This document shows positions 13,837-25,900 of a DNA stretch of 64,000 bases, piece after piece. The stretch is from the NCBI GenBank assembly GCA_002633005.1, contig NMRA01000171.1:478669-542668 (forward strand), written 5' to 3'. Source of the stretch: Phoronis australis. Its lineage: Eukaryota; Animalia; Phoronida. Each line of letters begins with the position of its first letter. Within the stretch, counting starts at the first letter, position 1. The notes below the pieces were generated by a model. The model was not told where the DNA came from. It saw nothing but the letters and a program-made list of their open reading frames with translations, and did not search any database. A program made the position numbers and the translations under genes.

Positions 13837-16124
13837 TTACCTTCCTTTTAAAGTGGTGCATGTCCCTGCAGTTTCCATGTTATTGAAGGCTGTAGAAATG
13901 TTGTAGGTTCCTTGGATGGTCTTGCTGCGGCCAACTGCTTCCAAAGAGCCGTGCCCCATTGCAGAGTTCGCTGGGAATAATTTGGGTGTACAGATGATGC
14001 TTTTGTTGCGAGGGTTCACCTGCTCCCAGGAAAACGTTGCGAGTTTTCTTGCCACTACGTGTCTTTTGCGTCTTTCGGTAACCATAACTTCTAGAGTCAG
14101 GACTACTTCTGTTGTAGTGACATTACAAAGGCAGAACTGAGGCACCTTGGCTCGCAAAATATACCGGGATGGTTCACCGGAAACTATCTTGACAACATGT
14201 CTCACTATGTCCTCGTTGCCGTTATCGTCGCGTGCTCTGCAATAGAACGCGGTGCCTTTGTGTTATTTTAAAGCAATACATACAGTTTCTGTGAAAAACG
14301 ATATATTTCGGATTTTCTTTTGTCGTTTCTAACCTCTCCCCAACTCATTTCACCAACATGTTAGAACGGGCACGAATGTTCTACAGTTAGTTGTGACAGA
14401 ATTATGTCTGCCGACAGATCTTCATATTTAGGGCGGTCCAAGGAATGCCTTCAAAATACTGATGACCAGGCCGATGCATGATGACGCCAGGGAAACCTCA
14501 ATTCTCGAAGGATAAACCTTAATGTTGATCTGTTATGTGATTATGCTGTATGAAAATTTACATGAAGTCTGATAGATCACTCTTCGATAAGCTGCTAACC
14601 AACGACTCCCAGCCAACTGTCTCCTTGGCCGAATAACCGTGCCATCCCTGATTCATTGTTTTTTTTAGAATTATATAATATTAGCAACCGTTCTGTCTTA
14701 GAGTCGTTGTACCTGCATTTCAGGGTCCGCTGGGCTCATTTATGTAGCAGAAATATTTTTGTTCAGTTAAAAGTAGATGATTTTGTCCAATTGCTAATGA
14801 AATGTTTTGAATTTCAAACATAATATACGGTGAGCCATAGGAGGCGACGCAAACTTAATTTTCATTAAAGACTGATCCGCAATTTTGGAGATAAAAGGCG
14901 TTGGCTATGTAAATTACAGCGATTACAAACCTACCCTCCCTCACATAAACCAACTTAGTTAAACCACTAAGAACACTTGTCTAGTTATGAAATCGGTCTC
15001 AACAATGAATTGTTCCTTAGTCAAACTGGAGGTGATTCCAAGGCTTAGAAGGAACTGATTGTCCGCTAGTGTTCCAGACGAGGCTCTGCAAGTTGACTGC
15101 GGTGTGTCACTTTATGCATCACGCATGGTCTCAACGAATAAAGAGCTGTCAGTTGTTTTCAAACCAAGAAATCTCGTCTCATCCGATTCAAAGGATCAAG
15201 TCGAAGTCACATTTGCAGCGCTAAAGACCAGTGAACATGGATCGAGCGATGAGCTGATCTGTGTACCTCAAGTGAAATTTACCTCACGGCATCGCACGCA
15301 GAGGAGGAAATATGCTCACTGACGATTGTTGTAAACAGCGTAAATGTAGCATACAAGATTACCATGCCCCAGAGTATGAGACTTGTTATAGTTAGATGAG
15401 GCAATTATTAATTTTCATTGACGCACGAATGAAATCGTCTAAGCTTATCTTGTCCGCATGCTGTGAGAATTTGCCTTCGTCAGGTAAACGAAATTTAACA
15501 AGTAAGATGCTCACCTCACCGCCTCGCGAGGTAAAATTCTCACGGTTCATGTTGCCGCAGACGGACGTGAGCAATAACCTGAGGTGTGTGGCTCTCTTCA
15601 TTTGCGCTGGCGCTGAATGGCTTTAAAGCAAAATCTAGCTTCTTGGACGGAACGCGCAGGTTTATAGCCGCTTTAACTATATATTGAACTTTTATTCTAT
15701 ACTCAGTCGAAAACTTTGTTTCAATAACATTTTCCAAAAAGCAAAGCAAGAAGCAAACAACGATATCCTCACCTGGTATCAATTTTGAACCTTTTCTTTT
15801 TGTATTGCCGAGGTCCGGGTATGTAGAACAAGCTTATGTTTACTTCGTAAGACGTCTCTGGCAGACATCCTTTTGAATCTGGTGCGCCGAAATAGTCTTT
15901 GGTAAACATCATTTCTTTTACTTCAACGTCAGTACCATGAAACACTTCAGCTTTAGGGTGTACCTGTTACAAAAATTCTAGAAAGTTTGAAATCTTTAAA
16001 GCCTCAACAGTTGGAGTGATCCGTACAATTTAAACAGATTTCCTTTATAACAGATCATTATCATTTAGGCCAGTCACGTTACCTGACGACGTACTACATC
16101 TCCATATCCAGTGCATGGAAACAT
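13837..16124 (-). CDS. Uncharacterised spliced gene; complement(join(16124..16083,15963..15773,14236..13837)), about 210 aa; 3' end uncertain (possible donor after 13841)
   Basis: ATG at 16124 has an in-frame upstream TAG. Donor CAG|gtaacg (phase 0) joins acceptor taacag|GTA; donor AG|gtgagg (phase 2) joins acceptor ttgcag|A. All three segments are open and phase-compatible: MFPCTGYGDVVRRQ-VHPKAEVFHGTDVEVKEMMFTKDYFGAP...KRFKIDTR-ARDDNGNEDIVRHVVKIV...TLKGR. No family recognised. Confidence 0.6.
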
Positions 16125-17070
16125 TAAATTTGACGTGGTGTTATTGTTCTAGTCATGTTTTACTTTTCAACAAAGACATGCACGACTCAGCAAAAATTGA
16201 CATTTAAACAAAAAAAAAAAAATAACAAGCAAACAAACAAAACCTTACTAAAACCAAAGAGAGCTGCAGTATTCGTACAAATATGGCCATCATTTTCACG
16301 TTGAGCTTTTCAAAATATTTTTGTTCAATTAAGGTACAGCTTTAAACGTAATAATTCAGTCATGATCATTGGATGATTTAGAACTGAAACGTAGTGGTTG
16401 ATTTGTCGTCTGATTTGGTATCATGACTATGATTGGTCAATATTTCCAGCCAATGAAATCCAGTGTAAATGAAAGCGAGTTAATTCACGTTTGTAAGATT
16501 ATCACGCCTTTACTAGATTTGGTATACTTGGGTAGCACGTTTTCCGTTATTCAAAACGTGTTAAAGACACGACACTTGTAGTGTACATGGAAATTAATTT
16601 ATGTTTACGACTGGGGCTCCAAAAATTTCCAGGAGCTTACGTCATATTACGGGAAGAAAAATGAAATCAAAAAGCGGAGCCAGAGTGAACTTGTTTATTT
16701 TGCGAGTAGCATTTTAAAGTTTGTGTAAATTTTGACGTCTTGCTTTATCCTTTGTTTGCATATTTTTATTTTGTTTTGGGAGATATGTGAAGAAACATGC
16801 AGAAACTCAGAAAAAAAGAAGAAAACGTGACAAAAGTGCACTAAGAACACCGGAACTACCAAAATTCGGCGAATGCACAATTCGTAGGTCCACATTTTCA
16901 AAAATTCGAGCCCCCTCATTTTTAGGCTGGGTGCGCGCATGTGGTATTTATTTTTTGTAATGCCGGACACCATACGCAACACCAAATGACCACTCAGTTA
17001 AAGCTTTTGATAACTGTGCTTCATTTCTGTTACTTCCATTGTTCGTAAATATGACAATAAGGTGGTACTT

Positions 17071-17312
17071 CATGCGCGCACCCAGGGGGAGCTCGGAGGG
17101 CTCAAACGAGCCCCCCCATTTGGCGAAGTGGGCAAAAATGTCCGCCTGCGAGATACAAAAAGCCCTAGAAAATTAGACAAAAGTCCACTAAACAAGCACA
17201 AACGCGCAATTCACAGTGGTGCGCCTGTTTTTTTTTTTTTTTTTTTTTTTTGCACCAAAAGGTCCACAACGATTCGAGCCCCCCCCCATATTGAAGGCTG
17301 GGTGCTCGCATG
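17071..17312. mobile_element. Second copy of the CATGCGCGCACCCAG MITE, 5-bp TSD (TACTT); a further partial copy ends at 16941
   Basis: TIRs 14/15; TACTT at 17066-17070 and 17313-17317; shares internal CCCCATTTGGCGAAGTGGGCAAAA and AAAAGGTCCACAA with 10120-10377. Confidence 0.85.
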
Positions 17313-19689
17313 TACTTTTACCAACTATTTTTGAGCGTACTCACGAAATCTTGTCGATTTCCACAGACCCTCTCGCGATATCAGTGACGTCAGATTGTGA
17401 GGCTTCTGGGTATCAAGTTGGAGGAAGTTCTTGTTGGGCGACTCGTGGACGAGAGGGTCTGGTCACCTGGTGATTGTAGATACTGGCACTTCAAGTTTTT
17501 TTTTTAAGCGCAATCAAATAGCGCGGCTTTCGTGAATCTTATCATTCTCATTTCCCGACAGTCTTTCCCGTTTTACATTTGTCCTTTCCCGGCATCGGAA
17601 TGCTCGTACCTCTCAGAAGTCAGAGCTTTCACGCTTGTTTCTGCAACACGTGCATGTCAGAACTCTTTCCAGAACTCTTCGCGTAATAGTGATAGATTCA
17701 CGAGTAGATTCAGTTTGTGCCTACATCGCATTCTGACCAAAAGTCTATAATAGATTCAATACTGAACTCGCGCCGGCTTGACGACATAATTCGAGTGCAA
17801 ATTTGTTACGAGGTGTGTCATGCAATCGGGTGATTTTGGAGCAGAGTTTCAATTACAAGGATTAAACCTCGGGCCCGGATTAGTACATTTGTTGTACAGT
17901 TTTTGCAACACATCTATTAAATTACTCGTGCAGTGCAGCTGTAAACTAACTCAGAGATAAAAAATCTGTCTGTGCCGAAGCGATACTATACAAATTACGA
18001 CGCTTCCACTTCAGATGTGAATGCGGCTGTAAGTCAATAGTGTAATAACCTGCACGACGACTAAGAAACACTCTGGATTACGCGTGTCACTAGTGGTGTC
18101 TATAGCTAATTGTAGACACCCTTCTCCCCTCCTCTCTACATAAACACATGCGCTTACCACATTTTAGGTAGACACACCAAAGCAACACGAACAGCTGTTA
18201 TTTTAGATTTACAAATCGACAAACAATATATCCCACATGGTTAATCAGTAAATAATAATCTTCTTGCCCAGAGAGTCGAATATGAACACTGCTAAAACAT
18301 GTTTTCATAGTTGTCAACGAATGAAATACCGGGAAATCTGGATCTATGCCACGGAGCAGAAGGGTGAAGTGTCTAGTGGTAACACCCAGAAACTTACCGA
18401 CGACGTTTTTTGGCCGTGTCTGCAAAATGGAACGGGAAAATAGAGCGTGTAAATTGTGTGGAAAAGCACAGAATGGACAACCTAAAGACTAATACGTAAA
18501 TATTTGGGTGGTGTCCAAGAGCGGGGCATTTGATCAAGGTAGGCCTAATTAGGCGGACACGGACAAAAGGTGAAGCGGTGGAACAGTCTCGCCAAAAACT
18601 GTACAGTTGGGATGCATGTGTTTTGTGCATGAGTCTACTAAACATTTGCAATGGAGCTTTTTGGTCTTTGGGTTCAGCGACTGCCTCAAAATTTCCTTAC
18701 GCCAGCAAGCAAAGTTTCTAAACTTGTCAGTTCATTATTTTGACTTTATTGGTAAGGCAATAATTAAAACCGGCATCAATGCGATTTTTCTTGAGAAAAT
18801 ACTCATCCAAAAACAGTAGGGAGTGTAGGGGAATTAAGGCAGGTTTCTTCAGTTTTCGATTGCCACTCTAACTTTTTCGCGAACGTTATTCCTTTAACAT
18901 GACATTGGACAACAATTATAGTTTAAAGTATATGTTTGCGTGTTTGCCAAAGCATTCATCGGATAACACGGATTTGGGATGTCGGAATAAATAATAGTGC
19001 TGATCGCTCGTCATATATTGCGAACAGAATTTACATGTGGTATAGGTTTCTACCTCTGAGATGCCTGTTCGAAGACCAAGCCAGAGTCTGATTAATGAGT
19101 TAAAAAAGGTTCTGGTCTTTATTCCGATTCATTTTGAGACATAATCTGACGAACCGAGTAAAACTTTGCCCGACCGCATCAACTTCAGCTAATGTCTCTT
19201 TGAAAAGCTGTGTATAGTCACGTAATGAAGGTTGGAAACGCATGATTTGCTAAGCGACGAGTAATAAAACAAACCTCGCATTACTTTTGCTCGACTCAGC
19301 TGGATTTTTTTTGAAAAGTGAGCAACGACAAAATAACATACCGGTGCAGCATCGCCGGCCAAGAACAAATGCCTTTTTAACTTGTATAGAATCACTAGCA
19401 TTTACAACTAACTGGAAGTGACACAGACAGTGTGGATAGTAGATCACTGAATTAATTGCAGAGAGTTATTTTAAATACAGCACATTTTTTCAGGAGGAGA
19501 ATGATCCTTCAATCCAGGCAAACCTGATGTTTCTGAACCAAATAAGTTATTTGTTAAACCATCTTGAAAATGGTAGTCGTAATGATCAAGAGCCAGACAA
19601 AAAATATTGTATGGTCGTGTTGACCTAAAAAACTCAGGATATGGCGTGTCTCCGCTGTAATCGGAAGTTCTTACACGAAGCAACTATTT

Positions 19690-20441
19690 GGTGGCCATCT
19701 TAGAAATGGTGGGAGTAATCATTAGAGACAAACGAAAAGAGTCTAAATGGATTAGTCGACCCGGAAAACCTATGATACAATGTTTGAAGCAAGACGCACT
19801 AATCTGTTTGTGCGAAGTTGTGCGATTCGAAATAGTTTTGGAGGCCATCTTGGAAAATGGCTGATGATGTCACTAACTTTTCCAATGGATTTGTTGACCC
19901 ACAAAAGATAGGTAAACCTTTTTAAATTTTTACTCTATCACATTCCACTCTCGAGTTATAATGATCATCTGCAAATCTGGAGGCCATTTTGTCCGCCATC
20001 TTGGAAATAGTGGAAGTAATCATTCATGCCAAATTCAATGAGTCTCAATAGATTAGTCGACCCAGAAAACCGATGATGCGACGTTTGAAGCAAGACGACA
20101 CACTAATCTGTTCGTGCGAAATTTGTGCGACTCAATTGGCGGCCATCTTGGAAAATGGCGGAAGGTGTCACCACAGCCATGCAAAACCATTTCCAATGGA
20201 TTTGTTGACCAACAAAACATAGGTAAACCTTTTTGAATTTTTACTCTATCACATTCCACTCTTGAGTTATAGTGATCATCAGAAAATCTGGCGGCCATTT
20301 TGTCCGCCATCTTGAAAAACCAACTTCCGCCACTCCGATTCCGGTAGACTTTTTTCCCACTAAGGGTGCGAAAGGATACGATTTATGCAATAAAACCTTC
20401 TGTTGCAATTTTCCGGGTTATCCGTAGAATGACTGCACTAG
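19690..20441. repeat. Transposon-derived segment with two diverged tandem units of about 300 bp (GGCCATCTTG motif); possible Academ-like terminus ...TGCACTA
   Basis: Blocks such as GATTAGTCGACCC.GAAAACC, TTCCAATGGATTTGTTGACC and TTTTACTCTATCACATTCCACTC each occur twice about 300 bp apart. The superfamily call is tentative and no matching left end was found. Confidence 0.6.
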
Positions 20442-22940
20442 AATATTACCCGACTGAAGGCTCAGGTGATGAAATTTGTATGATGAGATGTCACCAAGTC
20501 CATGTGCTTTATCCCAACTGACTTTTGTTGTCTACCGTTACGGCTAAGGTTTATTTCAGGTAGGCTCTATCTATCAATGCGCGGGTTAAGCACTCAGTGG
20601 AAAGACTACCGGCAGAATTGCTGAAGACTAAGAGTGATTTTTCTCATGATTTATAGTTATGAGTCTGAGTTGAGGCTTGAGGGTTCCGGAGTTCTATTAT
20701 GGTCGAAGTGGAAAGTGTAATGGGCTTGGGTCTCCATGCAGCACGCGCTGGACGAGCTCCTGGGGCAACTCCCTTTGTCCCCTACTCCACTCTGTACTGT
20801 GTTTGTAAATTTTGTGAAAACTGTTTTAGTAATTTCAGTCAAGACTTCGTTCTGCCACCTATACTAATTCGACACTGGCATCCCGGCCACGTGACTGATA
20901 AAAGCAGAATTCAAATAAAAATTCACCCTCTCTCTGTTAATTGAACATTATGGTCCTTGGTCGGTGGTCTTCCCTATAGTTGTGTACTCACCTAAAGCGT
21001 AGGCCACGCTTGCCCGTTAGCACGGGCAGACTTTGTCACATGACAGCGTTTTCCCGTTCAGTGACTTTACCAGACGAAGGGGGTTTTGAGCGTGTGATAA
21101 CATCTAGCTCCTTTGTTAACTGCCAAGCACATTCTTTTGTCTAGTATGACCACAAACAGGCCAATTATCTACCACGTTTATTACAGACCACATGTGAATA
21201 CCGTCAAACCCAGAATGAATTGGTACATTCGGAAAGAATAGATTATCATAACTTCGGTTGCAGTTGGGCGATTTTGGCGATTCAAAAACTAAACATGATC
21301 ACCATTTGACGAGGATTTCAGAAATGCTATTGGTTTATGTTCAAATATGTTCTAACTTAACTCTTATTTTAAACAGCACAGCCCAGTCAGGCTAGATACG
21401 ATCTTATTGAAGATTAGAGCAATTGTTGAACAAAAGAGAGCTGGCCCTCCAACCGTGAATGCCAGACTGGAGTTAATCTGTCGTGTAAGATATTGGCTAC
21501 AGGGGTAAACTTCCCAACTTGTTGTTGGGCTATAGAATCGAAAGTTGGGAGCAACGGGAAGACGCCGTAATGATGTGTTTTACATATTTTGCTCCAAACT
21601 TTTGAGGCTCGTCAAGGGTTATAGATCTTTGTTTCAGAGAACTGGATGTGAAAGTTGTTTTCATTATCAAATGACCAAAACAGGGTTTGTTATCCATTTT
21701 AAGTGCCACACGCCGAAGTTAAATAAACATTTACTTTCCGACACATGGACTAACTACACTTATATATTTTCTTACTATGTGTATTTTATTTGTCTTGTGA
21801 ACTGAACGCACAGAAGTACACGGCGCATGGTCAAAAATTACATCAGGTTCACACTTTAATTGCACTACCTTCATATGCAAAAGTAAACTTTCACTTATAA
21901 ACTTAGTGGAAAACACAACTAAGCTTTTTTTGAAAGCTGGATACTAATTCGCTCGTAGTGTCGGAACAATCTCCTTTCTTCAGGTGTGCAGTTATGTCTC
22001 GGTGTTTTGTTATGTAGCTGCACTACATGAAGAAATGGGATTGTTCTGACACTATACGAACTAATTAGTATCAAACTTTCAAACAAAAAGTTTGGTCGTG
22101 TTTTCAACGAAGTATATGTACTGAATGTATTATGCTTTTGAACGCAAAATAAATTTACTAAGGAATGGAAAAGACACTTTCCAACACCAGTTCCATCGAA
22201 GAGTTCAACTTCAATGCTCTGTCAAATTCATTGCCTTTGATTTGTAGGGCCGGGGCATGAATTTTTGTTCTAGTGAAAATCGGATTATTTTTAGCATTTT
22301 GCTATTCTACGGCAGTTTTGTACAAACACGACTGAGATAAGTGTTCATTAGTCTAAATTACTAACGTATTTAGCTTCTGTTCCCCCTTCCCCCTCCTCGA
22401 CCTCTTGTATGATCCTGAGGCCGCTCGGGGGTACGGCGGCGCTCACTCTCGGTTCACGCTTGACTGCTTTGGTTCAGCCAGGTGAGGCACCTGTTTAAAA
22501 TTACGATCACCAGATGTCTCTAGTAGTCGTTGCTGTGCATATTTTCGTTGGACGCCATTTTCTTGGGGGGTAAATGGAATGTTAATTCAAATTCACTTAA
22601 GCGATGAAAGCTACAGTCTTTTTCATCAATATTTGCTGTTAATTTGCACATTGAGGTTTGTATGATCATCCCGTGTCGCCAAATTTTTCATTTTGTCTTA
22701 TTAATGGACAAATTTGATGCTATTATAGACGAAGTTTGCCATTTTCAGACTCCCCAAAGTCTTTCCCCGCGTGCAACTCCCGTCACAACAAAGACATGTG
22801 TTTAACGGGTGTTTTAGCCAAACGTTATCGGTGCCTTTCGGGCAATGGTGTTCGCTTGAAGTACAGATCCAACTTTTGAATCGAATTGAAAGTTCTGTCC
22901 CCTCAGTCATTCGCCTTTGCAGTCTGTTCACCAAACAACC

Positions 22941-25900
22941 ATGCCGATGTCGCAGACCAAGTAGGGCACCCGACCAAGTTGACTTGGTCTTGGTCGGCGT
23001 ACACGGTTGGACCTCGCAGACCAAGTAGATACCTCCGACCGAGTTGCAATGTACCGTTGATACCTGAATGTTTACCATAGTGTTGTAATATGAACGGTTC
23101 TACCAAATACTTTTTTTTAAATTAGATTTCATTTTTATGAGCATGTTATCGTTAGGACCTCATGTGGCGCCAAAATAACTCTGGCTGACAAAAATCTTTA
23201 TCTTAATCCTTTGAACAGGAAATAGAGTACCCATAATGTAAAATTGCCATGAGGACTTAGTTGATAGGGACCTCAGGGGTCTCACACTCCACTGATTTAT
23301 CCACATTATTTTGAAAACACTTTGCCCAGTCACACATTGTAACTGTGTCATAAAAGAGATAAGCATACCAGCAGCTGACGCAGCAAGTAGAACTACTCTC
23401 GTTTATCACATTGGTGTAGACTCAGAGTTGAACTGTGGACCCCAGACCGTCCGAGTTGCACCATATACCAACTCCGGACGGTCTCTCATGACGATAAAAG
23501 CGTTATGCCCGTAAGCAACTGCATGGGTCACCAGTCAGCCAGGCGGGATGGGAGCACCCAATAACACACAACGCCACGAATCAAACATTTAGATTTCACA
23601 TCTTACTTTAATATTCTTATCTGCTTTTCACAAGAGAGATATTAACCAACTTTTATGGCTCAATACACTGTAGTTTTGATTGCAGGTTTACTTGGTCCGG
23701 TCAGTCAACGGCCGCACCAAGTGTGCTGTGACGTGTTAAAACTAGCAGAATCACAAGATATTTCACTTTTTGTCCAAAGAACGCTTCTTTTGTTAAAAGT
23801 TTCGATATCGAGAATTGTTTTTGTGCTTTTCACTGTTCAAAAACTGTTAGGTTTTTTGTGTCTCTCACTTGGTTTGACACCACGAGTGTTGAGAAGCCGC
23901 GCCTACCCTGTAATTCATTGGCAACGGTCTAACGACGTTTTGAAAATTCTCAGTGACAAAACTTTCGTCTATATTGTAATTACTGATTGTTGACAACTTC
24001 CTACTGATTATATATAGAATATCCAAAGTTATTAGCATCTCAAAACAAAGTTTCCTTCTAAGTTTCACTTGTGCTGGCTATACCTGACTGGAGGAGGTCG
24101 AGACATTATACTTAACGCCATTGAAAAGAAATTCAGGGCTCGACATAACGAGCTGCAGGTCGCATTTGCGACCTGAAATTTGGAAATGCGAGCTGAGATT
24201 TTTGTCCGCTCGTATCAAGTCGCAAATTGCGACCTGGAATTTCCAACGAATGCGAGCTGAGTTTTTACACTTCTCAACAGATACCTGGCAAATACAAAGC
24301 AGCTCTTGTTAATCCGACCGTTATTTGGTCGCTGCCAAATCCAAGTTCAAAACAACACTAACGGGGACAGCCCTCCCGATGACTTGTCAGCAAGTCGCGT
24401 GAACATGGGATATGCAGTATCGATCTTCGACGCGTATGATTGGCTAACACTTTCGGCCACTTTTGTAAATTACCGGATTCGCCGAAGAAAGTTTCGTGCC
24501 ACTGCTTAACACGTGATAAAACTTCACAAAACATCGGTGTTTCTACTAATTCTTAAGCGATCAACTTACCAAACTTTGTGGTGGACAAAAATGTTTATTT
24601 TTCACATAAGATGTCCTTATTACATGTACCAAATATCCACGACAATATCCCTGATATCGCACTGCGGCACCGTTAGCGCGCAAGCGGTCCCGGCACACAA
24701 TCGTGACTTAGACTGAGATGTGCTTCTGCTTTTTATTGTATTAAGACAGCCAAAGTGAAAATGACAACCTTATTATTCGCCAAACGACGGTCACGTCTTT
24801 ACTTTCAGTTGCCAAGAAATCCTCAAACCCCTTACTTGTTTCTGGGGCTACGTGCGCGAAATATGATTAGTCTTTCACACGTTCGTTGCCAATGTAAAGT
24901 GTAGGCCTACTCCAGCGATTCAAATGCGTGAACTCACGCGCGCGCACCACTTCAAAGAACAGCGACAGCCCTAAATGAAGAGTATACCGGCTTGGCTCTG
25001 GTTTATTTGAAAATAAACTCATGTACCGGGACCGATATAACCCCTAGAACTGACGTNAAGATATTTTTCTTTTTCTCCCAAGAGTGCTTCTTCTGTTCAC
25101 ATTTCCGATGTCTACAATGCTTTTTCGTGCTTTTCACTGTTCAAAAACATCGTTCACATGGCTTGACACCACGCTGGGGTAACCCTATGTTGTTTGAGTA
25201 TATGAAAAGTTGTCAAATTTTGTTTTCTTAAATTGGGGTTGTTTTCGAGTTGCATATTGATATAAACCAGCTTCAAAAAAAAAAATAATGAAGGCGACAT
25301 ATTGCTAACAATGTTTCATTGGCGGATGGAGAGGGTGCCTGGTGGTGGTACATCTAGAACACAGGGAGACCGTTCCTGAGGGTGAAATGCCAGCAAGCGG
25401 GGTATAGTTTTGCTGAGGGGAACGGTCTAATGATGTTTTTGAAAATTTACAATGGCAAAATTTTCGTCTATATGTGTATAACTACTGTTCGCGTTGCGCA
25501 TTCCACAGGATACAGTCAGACGCTATTATCGTCTCAAAACATACTTAATATTTCTTTTTCAGCTTACTTGTCCTGGTTAGCAATGAGAGGTCCAGATGAC
25601 ATAATTGACGCCAATGAAAAGTAATCTCATTTCACATGTACCCTGGTCGCTGCTCCAACTGAAGCCTTTAATCTTCTGACATGTCTTTAAAAAGTTATCA
25701 ACCATTTTTTACTTCTCTATACTCTTTAGTCTTGCTGGCAGGTTTTCTTGGTCTGGTCTCTCACTGAACAGCCTGACGAATGCACTGTGATGCCATCAAA
25801 CTCGCGGAATCGGAATATTTCATAAAATAGTTGTGACTTTTTCTTCACAGAAAGCTTTTTCAGTTCACATAGTTTAATGTCTGGAATCGTTTCTCGGACG

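Noticed and set aside
15900-15915. Overlapping stop-start (ATGATG) suggesting reinitiation or frameshifting in the orphan gene
   Set aside because: Recounting shows GTA AAA GAA ATG ATG is in frame with the upstream exon, so no stop is involved.
22701-23106. Overlapping ORFs and their apparent paralogue at 28106-28333
   Set aside because: The peptide similarity simply reflects the inverted DNA termini of the foldback element; there are no splice or domain signals.
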